Below, in pieces: positions 30,181 to 39,248 of a DNA stretch of 64,000 nucleotides. The stretch spans positions 96,001 to 160,000 of the forward strand of contig JBJKQR010000012.1 of the NCBI GenBank assembly GCA_046735395.1, in the 5' to 3' direction. The notes under the pieces were generated by a model. It worked only from the letters and a program-made list of their open reading frames with translations, was not told where the DNA came from and did not search any database. Origin of the DNA: Fidelibacterota bacterium (GTDB lineage Bacteria > Fidelibacterota > Fidelibacteria > Fidelibacterales > DSDE01). The position numbers and the translations under genes were made by a program. Within the stretch, counting starts at the first letter, position 1. Each line of letters starts with the position of its first letter.

Positions 30181-32565
30181 ATGGATCACCCTCAATACTG
30201 CCAGATCGCCTTTCCCATCGAACAGGATGGCCTCTATACCTATAGAGTGCCGGAAAAACTGCAGGAAAGTCTGAAGCCCGGGATGCGGGTGATTGCCCCC
30301 TTCGGCCGCCGTCGTCAGTCCGGATACTGCAGCGCTTTGTCCGCGTCGCTTCCGGAAGGACTCGAAAATGTAAAAATCAGGAACATTGAATCTGTTGTGG
30401 ATACAGAACCTCTTTTCCCGGACGCGCTGATGGATCTGCTGCGATGGATTTCCAATTATTATCTCTGTCCCCCGGGACAGGTATATAAGACTGCCCATCC
30501 TGCAGAGAGCGGCCTGAAACGCGTACCGGTATATATGATGAATGAGGAGACAGCGACACATCCGGGGCTCCGTAAGCTTCCCGAAGATCCCCGCGGAATG
30601 GAAGTGGGGAGAGAAAACACATGGACGGATGAGGAACGGAAGGATCTGGAACATCTGATCCGTGACGGTATTCTCAGCATAGAAAATACATGGCCGGCAA
30701 AAATGCAGCAGTCACGAAGCCGCTATCTGGTACTGGACCGTTCGCCGGATGAAAAACTGAATCCCGTACAGCTGCGGGTCGTCCGATACCTGGAGACCCT
30801 GCCGGATAAAACGGCCCAGCCCGCCGCAATCCGGCAGCACCTGGGATGCAGCGATTCACCCTTGAAGACTCTTCTGAAGAATGGTATTCTGAGCGAACAC
30901 TTCGTGGAAAATGAAGCAGATCCCTTTAACGACGGGTTTCCGGTCCGTCACCGGACAGTACAGCCGGATCCGGACCAGCAGGCGATTATTGATGAAATCA
31001 CCTCCAATGCGGATACCTTTCATCCCGTTCTGCTTCACGGCGTGACGGGGAGCGGCAAAACCGAAATTTACATACAGCTGGCCCGGAAAATGCTGGAGGC
31101 CGGAAAGGACGTACTGATTCTGGTGCCCGAGATATCCCTGACTCCACAGATCGCAGGGCGTTTCAGGGCGGTTTTTGAAGACAAGGTGGCCATCTGGCAT
31201 AGTCAGATGACGGCAGTGCAGAGGTTGTGGACCTGGTCCTCCATACGAAAGGGGCGAATCCGGGTGGTGGTGGGGGCCCGCTCAGCACTGTTTTCACCCT
31301 TTCGCAATCCCGGCCTGCTCATTGTGGATGAAGAGCATGAAGGCAGTTACAAGCAGGAGAGCCCGGCTCCCCGTTACCATGCCCGGGATGCGGCGCTCTA
31401 CTATGGCCGCATTCTTCAGGTTCCGGTGATTCTGGGATCCGCGACACCGTCCTTTGAAAGCTGGTATCTCAGCCAGCAGGGAAAATTGAAGTATTACAGC
31501 CTGAAACGGCGTTTCGGAAAGGCGCTTCCGCCGTCCATAGGGATCGTGGACATGACCCGGGCACATCATGACGGCATCCTGTCCCGCCAGCTTCTGGATG
31601 AAATCCGCCGGACTCTGGCACGCAACGAGCAGATCATCCTGCTCCAGAACCGGCGGGGTTTCAATACGGTTCAGCAATGCACCCAGTGCGGGAAAACGGT
31701 TCAGTGCGACCATTGTTCCGTCAATTATACCTATCATAAATCCGTGCATCTGCTGCGCTGCCACTACTGCGGTGAAACGAGGGAACCCCTGCAGCGCTGT
31801 CCGCACTGCGGTGACACGCTACGCCTGAAAGGTACCGGAACGCAGAAAATCGAGGAACATCTTCAGCGGGTTTTGCCATCCACTGCCATTGTTCGCATGG
31901 ATCATGATACGACACAGAATAAGAATGCCCATATCCGGATTCTGGATGCATTTGAAAAAGGTGAATACCAGATCCTCCTCGGTACTCAGATGATAGCCAA
32001 GGGCCTTGACTTTCATAATGTGACCCTCGTCGGCATCATCAACGCAGACATAGGCGCCTTTCTGCCGGATTTCCGATCCGGCGAACAGCTGTTTCAGTTG
32101 ATCTCTCAGGTGAGCGGACGTGCGGGACGGGGTGAAAAATCCGGGCGGGTTCTGATACAGACTTACAATCCGGAACTTCCGGCGCTGGATCTGGTTGTCA
32201 AGAACAGGCAGAGCAGCTTTTACCATCAGGAGCTTGATCTCAGGAAAGAATTGAATTATCCGCCCTACAGCCGTGTGGCGCTGCTGCGTTTCATCGGGCG
32301 GGATGCGGAAAGGGTCGCCGATGCGGCGCGTGCCTGCCGGACACTGCTGGCCGGGGAGGCCGGACGGATTGCCCTGATCGGGCCGGCGCCGGCTTCAGTT
32401 GAAAAAGTACAGGGACTGACACGCTGGCAGATCCTGCTGAAAAGCAGCCGGGAACGGGATCCCTCGGCGGCCAGGCTCCATGATCTTCTGGTGAAAGCGC
32501 GAAATATGCCGCTCCCGGCGGGAGTCCGGCTGCAGGTGAATATGGATCCCATGTCAATGAGCTGA
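30181..32565 (+). CDS. priA: Primosomal protein N'
   Basis: GVTGSGKTEIY, LVPEISLTPQ, DEEHE, four CxxC Zn motifs, GTQMIAKGLDF and QVSGRAGR. Confidence 0.97.
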   Translation: MDHPQYCQIAFPIEQDGLYTYRVPEKLQESLKPGMRVIAPFGRRRQSGYCSALSASLPEGLENVKIRNIESVVDTEPLFPDALMDLLRWISNYYLCPPGQVYKTAHPAESGLKRVPVYMMNEETATHPGLRKLPEDPRGMEVGRENTWTDEERKDLEHLIRDGILSIENTWPAKMQQSRSRYLVLDRSPDEKLNPVQLRVVRYLETLPDKTAQPAAIRQHLGCSDSPLKTLLKNGILSEHFVENEADPFNDGFPVRHRTVQPDPDQQAIIDEITSNADTFHPVLLHGVTGSGKTEIYIQLARKMLEAGKDVLILVPEISLTPQIAGRFRAVFEDKVAIWHSQMTAVQRLWTWSSIRKGRIRVVVGARSALFSPFRNPGLLIVDEEHEGSYKQESPAPRYHARDAALYYGRILQVPVILGSATPSFESWYLSQQGKLKYYSLKRRFGKALPPSIGIVDMTRAHHDGILSRQLLDEIRRTLARNEQIILLQNRRGFNTVQQCTQCGKTVQCDHCSVNYTYHKSVHLLRCHYCGETREPLQRCPHCGDTLRLKGTGTQKIEEHLQRVLPSTAIVRMDHDTTQNKNAHIRILDAFEKGEYQILLGTQMIAKGLDFHNVTLVGIINADIGAFLPDFRSGEQLFQLISQVSGRAGRGEKSGRVLIQTYNPELPALDLVVKNRQSSFYHQELDLRKELNYPPYSRVALLRFIGRDAERVADAARACRTLLAGEAGRIALIGPAPASVEKVQGLTRWQILLKSSRERDPSAARLHDLLVKARNMPLPAGVRLQVNMDPMSMS

Positions 32566-32569
32566 AAAG

Positions 32570-33481
32570 ATGCGCCGGTTTCGTCATATTATTCTCGTTG
32601 CCGTCCTGTGCGGCCTGTCGGCTGTGGCTGCAGCAGGGGAAACGGTATTTCATCTGATCGCCCCCGACACCTCGAAGAAATATGTTCGGAATATCCGCCG
32701 GAATACTCAGGATCTTCTGAGTGAAATTCAGGAAAAATGGGGACTGACACCGGACAGCTTTCTGGTAATCATTGCATCGGATGAAGAGGAATTTCAGAAA
32801 CAGGTGAGCCCGGATTTTCCATCCTGGGGCGTCGCTGCCGCAAAGTATCCCGAGCCTTCCATTATTCTCAGAGCGCCGGGTTTCGGACGGAAATCCGCAA
32901 CGGGGCTGCGGGGTACCATCGCGCATGAACTGATACACCTGTCGCTGCTGCCGCTGATACGGGATAAATATTTCCCGCGATGGATGAACGAGGGGTTTGC
33001 GCAGTATTTCGCCGGGGGCGAATCCATCCGACAGAAAATAATAATGGCTCAGGCTGTCTCATATCAGAGTCTTCCCACCCTCAGCAAGATAGATGATGTC
33101 CTGAAATTCAATGAACAGCGGGCCAGCCTTGCCTATGCTCAGAGTATCAGTGCCTTCAGCTATCTGATCAATGAATTCGGAGAGGAACCCTTTCGCAATT
33201 TTCTCCATCTGCTTCAGAACGAATATTTTGATGAAGCCTTCGAGAATGCCTACGGTTTTGACGAAGCGCTGTTTGCCAGCAGCTGGGAACATTGGGCCCG
33301 GCGTCATTACCGCCCCTATCTTCTTCTGGATGTCTACTCCTATTTATGGTCCCTGACCCCCATTCTGCTCATGCTGGGATGGCTTCGCATGCAGAGACGG
33401 AAAATACGGCTGTACCGTGAATGGGAGACGGGGGAATCGGAGGATCCGGATACGAAAAATGGCAGTCCTGAAGAAAATTAA
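32570..33481 (+). CDS. Peptidase MA (gluzincin) family membrane-anchored protein
   Basis: Signal peptide, HELIH, PRWMNEGFA, AYAQS and a C-terminal TM helix. Confidence 0.8.
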   Translation: MRRFRHIILVAVLCGLSAVAAAGETVFHLIAPDTSKKYVRNIRRNTQDLLSEIQEKWGLTPDSFLVIIASDEEEFQKQVSPDFPSWGVAAAKYPEPSIILRAPGFGRKSATGLRGTIAHELIHLSLLPLIRDKYFPRWMNEGFAQYFAGGESIRQKIIMAQAVSYQSLPTLSKIDDVLKFNEQRASLAYAQSISAFSYLINEFGEEPFRNFLHLLQNEYFDEAFENAYGFDEALFASSWEHWARRHYRPYLLLDVYSYLWSLTPILLMLGWLRMQRRKIRLYREWETGESEDPDTKNGSPEEN

Positions 33482-33497
33482 TCCTTATATTTGCATC

Positions 33498-34397
33498 ATG
33501 AATTTTGCCCGCAACCGTATTTATTCACAAATTCTGATAATGATTCTGCTGCTGTCCGGAGGACAGCTTTTCGCCTCGGATACCTACGAAAATTATGCCC
33601 TGGCCTGGCAGAAGGGCATGGCGGGAACAGGGATGTCTCTGTCCTCCAATGCGGGAAGCATCTGGCTGAATTCCGCGTCTGTGCCCGCATCCCGGCTCGA
33701 AGCGGAAAGCGACCTGAGTTTTCTGCCTGCCGGAATCAGTGTGTCAAATCTGAGCGTAAACTGGCATCCCCGGTCAAAGCTGGCCATCGGCGCAGGAATA
33801 AATTCAGAGAATTTCGGATCCTTTGACCGCCGGGATCAGCAGGGCAATCTCATCGGTTCCTTTTCCGGGAACCGCAGCCAGATGATCCTCAGCGGAACGT
33901 TGATTCTGAACCGGCGTCTGTCTCTCGGTTACAGCCGTCGTTTCATTCGACAGAAGATCGACGATCGCGCTTACAACCTGAGCGGCGGACAGACAGGACT
34001 CATCCTGTCGGATCGGCAGGGCATTACAAGCCTGGCGCTGACCCAGACCACCTTCAGTGACGAAGAGCAGCCGGTGCTGGTCGCGGCACTTTCCCGGAAG
34101 CTGGCCTACCTGCCTCTGCGGCTCAGTGTGGAAAACCGCTATGAAGGCAAACTGAATATGACCGATACGTCCATCGGCGCATTTATCGAACCCGGACAGG
34201 ATTTTGATTTCTTCGCGGGACTGAATTTTCAGCGTTTTGACATGCAGACACAGAGCCTGGGCGACGATTTTCTGGCAGGATTGGCCGGCGGAGCCGCCTG
34301 GAGCTATGGCAGAGGACGCATCTATCTGTCATTTTACCACTACGGAGGCCTGGGAATAAGCAGCAGCATGGGAGTGAGCTATGGATTTGAGAAATAA
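33498..34397 (+). CDS. PorV/PorQ-like outer-membrane beta-barrel
   Basis: Signal peptide, GMAG...WLNSAS, FGSFDRRDQQGNLIGSF and C-terminal SYGF. Confidence 0.6.
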   Translation: MNFARNRIYSQILIMILLLSGGQLFASDTYENYALAWQKGMAGTGMSLSSNAGSIWLNSASVPASRLEAESDLSFLPAGISVSNLSVNWHPRSKLAIGAGINSENFGSFDRRDQQGNLIGSFSGNRSQMILSGTLILNRRLSLGYSRRFIRQKIDDRAYNLSGGQTGLILSDRQGITSLALTQTTFSDEEQPVLVAALSRKLAYLPLRLSVENRYEGKLNMTDTSIGAFIEPGQDFDFFAGLNFQRFDMQTQSLGDDFLAGLAGGAAWSYGRGRIYLSFYHYGGLGISSSMGVSYGFEK

Positions 34398-34782
34398 TAA
34401 GATACGCAGTCTCATCGGGATGGGGACCAGTCTGATTTTCATCATGATTGTATCCTGTTCCCAACCCGGAAATCGGGTCAGCAACGTGAGCTGGACCAAT
34501 GATATCAAACCCGTACTTGATACCCAGTGCGTCAGCTGTCACAATCAGGGCCTTCCCAGCGGCGGTATCCGTCTGGATAATTACACCGGTGTTTCCGGTT
34601 CCCTGTCCATGAATACGGGAGAAACCATCGTCAAACCGGGTGATGCGGCAAATTCTTTGCTGTATATTGTCATCAGTACCGATGATCTGACCCGTCGTAT
34701 GCCCCGGAATGCAGCGGCACTCTCGGTGGATACGCAGCAGCTGTTTTATGTGTGGATCAATGAAGGAGCGGTGCAAAACTGA
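34381..34782 (+). CDS. Monoheme cytochrome c lipoprotein (planctomycete cytochrome c-like)
   Basis: Lipobox VSC, DIKPVLDTQCVSCH, PGDAANSLL, RMP and WINEGA. Confidence 0.82.
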   Translation: MDLRNNKIRSLIGMGTSLIFIMIVSCSQPGNRVSNVSWTNDIKPVLDTQCVSCHNQGLPSGGIRLDNYTGVSGSLSMNTGETIVKPGDAANSLLYIVISTDDLTRRMPRNAAALSVDTQQLFYVWINEGAVQN

Positions 34783-35408
34783 AATCATCATTTTTTATAA
34801 GTTTTGAAGGGTTGGACGGAAGCGGCAAGAGCACGCAGGTTACGCTTCTGAAGAATTGGCTGCTGGAACGAAAATTCCGGCCTGTTGTGTGTCGTGACCC
34901 CGGTACCGACGACATCGCGGAAATAATTCGTAACATATTACTGGATCCGCAAAACCGGATAGATCCGGTTACGGAAATTCTCCTGTACGCAGCTGCCCGG
35001 TCAGCGCTGGTGACGAAGAAGATTGATCCTGCTCTTCAGGATGGTCAGGTGGTTATCTGCGACCGCTTCTATGATTCGACCAGTGCCTATCAGGGAAAGG
35101 GCAGGGGCCTGTCTGCCGATCTCATCCGCCAGCTGAATCTCATCGGTAGCCATGGGCGGGTTCCCGATCTTACATTTTTTCTTGATATAGATATTGAAAC
35201 CGGCCTGAAGCGCCTCGACCGCCAGGGCAGCCGTGACCGTATGGAGTCGGAGACGATACAGTTCAAGGAACGCGTTCGCCGTGGTTTTCTTGAGCTGGCG
35301 GCTGCGGAACCGGAGCGATTTCATACCGTGGACGGGACGCGGAGTGAGTCGGACCTGCACGGTGAGATCGTATCCGTCATTAAAAAGAGGTTTTTAGACA
35401 ATGCGTAA
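34779..35408 (+). CDS. tmk: Thymidylate kinase (probable CTG start)
   Basis: FISFEGLDGSGKSTQ, RDPG, LYAAAR, CDRFYDST.AYQG, PDLTFFLD and DRME. The frame is closed by TGA at 34761. Confidence 0.93.
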   Translation: MKSSFFISFEGLDGSGKSTQVTLLKNWLLERKFRPVVCRDPGTDDIAEIIRNILLDPQNRIDPVTEILLYAAARSALVTKKIDPALQDGQVVICDRFYDSTSAYQGKGRGLSADLIRQLNLIGSHGRVPDLTFFLDIDIETGLKRLDRQGSRDRMESETIQFKERVRRGFLELAAAEPERFHTVDGTRSESDLHGEIVSVIKKRFLDNA

Positions 35409-37041
35409 AATTATTTTCATCCGTATCGCCATTCTGCTTCTCGCCGTGGCGTCACTGCAGGCCACGGACTACAAACGATCCATGCAGGCCCAGCAGAAAT
35501 TATTGCGGGCCTATGCAACCCTCATTACCAATTATGCGGATGAGCTCGATCCGATGAATCTGACTGATGCAGCCATTGACGGAATGACAGGGAAGCTGGA
35601 TCCCTACACGGTGCTGCTGAAAGCCCAGTCGAAATTTCGTATGGATGTGCTGACTCACGGAGAATACGGCGGCGTGGGAATCCGTATCGGTTCGCGGAAT
35701 GACTCGCTCACGGTCATCTCACCCATGGAGGACAGCCCGGCCTGGAAGGCGGGAATTCTGCCCGGGGATAAGATTATTCGCATCGACAGTCTCTACACAA
35801 TCGGGCATAAACTGGATGATCTGGCCGAAATGATCAGGGGCCCCAAGGGAACAGAGGTTCAGCTGACTATTCTGCGAAGTAATTATGATGAAGCGCTCAT
35901 CTTCAGGCTGACGCGCACAAATATTGAAGTGCGCGAAATTCCCTATGCCGGCTTCATCGAGGATGGAACGGGCTATATCAAGCTCAACGGATTCAGCAAA
36001 CATGCGGCGGCGCAGCTCAGGAGCTATGCGGACAGCCTGCAGCAGAAAGGCATGAAACGCCTCATTCTCGATCTGAGAAATAACACGGGCGGACTTCTGG
36101 ATCAGGCTGTGGAAATTCTGAATCTCTACCTTCCCAAAGGGCAGAAAGTCGTTCAGACGCGCGGCCTGACGCGGGCCAGCAACCGGGAATTTTCCCTCAC
36201 CGAGCAGCCCCTCCTTCATAGCGATGTCCGCATCGCCATTCTGGTCAATCATGGTTCGGCATCCGCATCGGAAATCGTGGCCGGAGCCACTCAGGACCTG
36301 AACCGGGGTATTATCGTCGGCCAGACAACCTTCGGAAAGGGTCTGGTGCAGAATATCTTTCCCCTCGATGACAGCAGTGCCGTCAAAATCACCACATCCA
36401 AATATTATATCCCGTCGGGCCGGCTGATACAGAAGGAAGACTATTTTCATGACAATGAAATAATCAGCGCCAATCCCGATCTGAACCACGAATATTTTAC
36501 CCTGAGCGGACGCCCGCTCGCGGAAAATGGCGGTATTGTACCGGATTCAACTGTGGACGGCCACAGCGTGGGACCCATCGTTGTGGATCTCTGGCGCCGG
36601 AATATGTTCGCAGATTATGTGAGGATTACCCTTCTCGCGAATCCGAAGATGACCGGCCATGAAGACCCGGAAAGGTATTTCGATGATTTTGTTTCGTTTC
36701 TTAAACAGCGGGAGTATCATTTCGAACATCCCCTGCTGAAAAAAGTGACCGAGCTTGAGAAACGATTCAAGGATCAGGTGGGGGAGAATGACTTTGCGGA
36801 CCTGCAGCCAAGTTTCGATGCCCTGCGCGCCGCCCTGTCCGGGAACAGTGAGTCCCTGCTCAGGGAGTCCCGCGAAGAGATCATTCCCTTTCTCCGGGCC
36901 GAGATGCTGGGATTCCGCGGAGGACAGCATGACCGTATCGAAGGAACGCTGCAGGATGATGACGTGCTGCAGACCGCCGTTCATCTGCTGAAGGATGACA
37001 GCTACCTGAAATCACTGAAAATTGCCCCCTTCAATGAATAA
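35401..37041 (+). CDS. ctpA: Carboxyl-terminal processing protease (S41, PDZ)
   Basis: LDPYT, GGVGI, LDLRNNTGG, SASASEIVAG, TFGKGLVQ and YYIPSGR. Confidence 0.92.
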   Translation: MRKIIFIRIAILLLAVASLQATDYKRSMQAQQKLLRAYATLITNYADELDPMNLTDAAIDGMTGKLDPYTVLLKAQSKFRMDVLTHGEYGGVGIRIGSRNDSLTVISPMEDSPAWKAGILPGDKIIRIDSLYTIGHKLDDLAEMIRGPKGTEVQLTILRSNYDEALIFRLTRTNIEVREIPYAGFIEDGTGYIKLNGFSKHAAAQLRSYADSLQQKGMKRLILDLRNNTGGLLDQAVEILNLYLPKGQKVVQTRGLTRASNREFSLTEQPLLHSDVRIAILVNHGSASASEIVAGATQDLNRGIIVGQTTFGKGLVQNIFPLDDSSAVKITTSKYYIPSGRLIQKEDYFHDNEIISANPDLNHEYFTLSGRPLAENGGIVPDSTVDGHSVGPIVVDLWRRNMFADYVRITLLANPKMTGHEDPERYFDDFVSFLKQREYHFEHPLLKKVTELEKRFKDQVGENDFADLQPSFDALRAALSGNSESLLRESREEIIPFLRAEMLGFRGGQHDRIEGTLQDDDVLQTAVHLLKDDSYLKSLKIAPFNE

Positions 37042-37726
37042 AGTCAAACAGCGCCCCCCCTTCATCATGGGTTTGGTCCGCTTTTTTGCCAGACCCTTTA
37101 TCCGTCTCATGATGAAGATAAAAGTCGTGGGGCTGGAAAACATCCCGAAGGAGGGAGCCGCTCTTCTGGCGGCCAATCATTTCAGCTGGTGGGAACCGCC
37201 GTCCATGATCGTATCCTGCCGCAGGCCCATTTATTTTATCGCCGCCAATGATTTCCGATGGGACTGGCGCATCAGCTGGATCGTCCGGCTGTACGGAACC
37301 ATTCCTGTGGACCGGACCCGTTTTGAAAAGAAAACCATCGCACTGGCTCTGAAAAAACTTCGTGAAGGCCGCCTGGTCGGTATTTTTCCGCAGGGAGGGA
37401 TGCAGCAGACCGTAATTACAGATGCCAAACCCGGTGTGATGTACATCGCCCACCGCAGCGCTGTGCCCGTGATTCCTGTGGGAATATCCGGACAGATCAA
37501 TCCTTCATCCTCCTGGATGCGCCTGCGCCGTCCGTCTGTCACCGTGAGAATCGGTAAGCCATATCAGCTTCCTGCCCTGTCCGAGACCTGGGCGGAACAG
37601 AAAAAACAGATGACCGACAGCGGGAACGACCTGATGGCTCACATTGCCGCTCTCGTGGATCCGGCCCATCGGGGACATTTTGCGGAGCATCCCCTTACCA
37701 TTGCCTTATCCAAAGAGTATTTCTGA
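37034..37726 (+). CDS. plsC: Lysophospholipid acyltransferase (PlsC family)
   Basis: ANHFSWWE (HX4D/E variant), IFPQG and PVIPVGI motifs. Confidence 0.8.
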   Translation: MNKVKQRPPFIMGLVRFFARPFIRLMMKIKVVGLENIPKEGAALLAANHFSWWEPPSMIVSCRRPIYFIAANDFRWDWRISWIVRLYGTIPVDRTRFEKKTIALALKKLREGRLVGIFPQGGMQQTVITDAKPGVMYIAHRSAVPVIPVGISGQINPSSSWMRLRRPSVTVRIGKPYQLPALSETWAEQKKQMTDSGNDLMAHIAALVDPAHRGHFAEHPLTIALSKEYF

Positions 37727-38147
37727 ATCCCCGTCTTTTCTGAACAGTTTGGATTTGTATAAATAAAATCAGCTGATACTGTCACCCGATCAACCATTTT
37801 TGAGTGCTTTTCCCGCTGTTCGGAATTAATAGACCCGAAGAAAAACCTGAACCGTTCATTATTCTCAGAATCGGGAATAATTAAGCATCGCTGTTTCAAT
37901 ATATGCTAAATAATATATATAGTAAATATTGTAATCATGATAATGAATATCAGGCGGTCAGGGACATCCCGGGAGTCGCTATTCGATAGGAAACAGGGTA
38001 ATATTAATAATTTAAGTCGCATTTATGAACAGGGAGAAAATTATCCGGAAAACAGGGGCGGAAGGTTCGGAACAGGCTGGCATGGTTCTTGACATATGCT
38101 CCGGCAATGACCACAACAGCATTTAATCGTAAGCAAAGGAGTAAGAC

Positions 38148-39080
38148 ATGAAGAAATGGTCAATGCTGATTTTAATCGTATCTCTTTTTGCAGTCATTTC
38201 CTGCACAAAGGACAAAGAGGACGCAGACGAATTCACCACGATGCTGAACACGGTTGAGGACATGGGTGGATTCCGCTTTGCTGCAGCTGCAGCACCTGAT
38301 GACACAACCAAAACTGCTGCCGAACAGGCTACGGCCTTCCTGGCGGACTTTTCGCTGATCGTGGATATACGAAGCGCGGAAGTCTATGGTACAGGCCACA
38401 TCGAAGGCGCAGTAAACTGGCCGTCTGCCGAGTTCAAAACCCGGCTGCTCGAAGCCAATCCCAGCGGTACTGTTCTCATCGTATGTTACACGGGCCAGAC
38501 GGCGAGTCACCTGCAGACCGTGGCAACTCTGATGGGCTATGATGCCAAGGTCCTGAAATGGGGAATGAGCGGATGGAATTCTCAGTTCGATTCCTGGTCC
38601 GGCAATGTAAAATCGGATTTCACCGCCTGGTCCACTGATACCTCAGAACCCACAGCGGACACCTATGATGCACCGGTTGTGGATACGGGTGAAAGCGATG
38701 GCGAAGCCATTCTGGACGCACGGCTGGATGAAATCGTGGCCGGTGGACTTCAGGGTGTGACCACGAGCGCAACCCTGGCTGACGAGTATGTGATCAATTA
38801 CTGGAAGCAATCAGACTGGGCTGATTACGGACATATTGAAAATGCCTACCGGATTACACCGGGAGATATTGTGTCCGACAGAGCCCTGTACAATATTCCC
38901 TCCGATCGGACCGTTTACATCTACTGCTATACGGGACAGACTTCGGCGGCTCTCACTAGCTACCTGAATACGCTGGGTTACACGACAAAATCCATCCGCT
39001 TCGGTGCTAACGGCATGATCTATCCCAATCACCCTGGAGCCTGGAGCCCCCGCAAGGTGGATTTACCCTTAGTTAAATAA
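38148..39080 (+). CDS. Tandem rhodanese-domain lipoprotein
   Basis: AAGGAG RBS and lipobox ISC. Two domains, each with GHIE.A and an active-site loop CYTGQT. Confidence 0.88.
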   Translation: MKKWSMLILIVSLFAVISCTKDKEDADEFTTMLNTVEDMGGFRFAAAAAPDDTTKTAAEQATAFLADFSLIVDIRSAEVYGTGHIEGAVNWPSAEFKTRLLEANPSGTVLIVCYTGQTASHLQTVATLMGYDAKVLKWGMSGWNSQFDSWSGNVKSDFTAWSTDTSEPTADTYDAPVVDTGESDGEAILDARLDEIVAGGLQGVTTSATLADEYVINYWKQSDWADYGHIENAYRITPGDIVSDRALYNIPSDRTVYIYCYTGQTSAALTSYLNTLGYTTKSIRFGANGMIYPNHPGAWSPRKVDLPLVK

Positions 39081-39108
39081 TGTCTATTTTGTGTTATCGT
39101 TATGGGTT

Positions 39109-39140
39109 GGAAAAACAGCGGGCTTTCCCGCTGTTTTTCC
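39109..39140. terminator. Intrinsic terminator
   Basis: GGAAAAACAGCGGG-CTTT-CCCGCTGTTTTTCC. Confidence 0.8.
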
Positions 39141-39248
39141 ATAGATTAAATGAGATAAATCTGTATATTCTAATAAAATAACAGTTATGATGAAGACTTT
39201 CTTTTCACATGCACAGGGAAAAAACTATTTGGATATAGGAAAGGGAAA

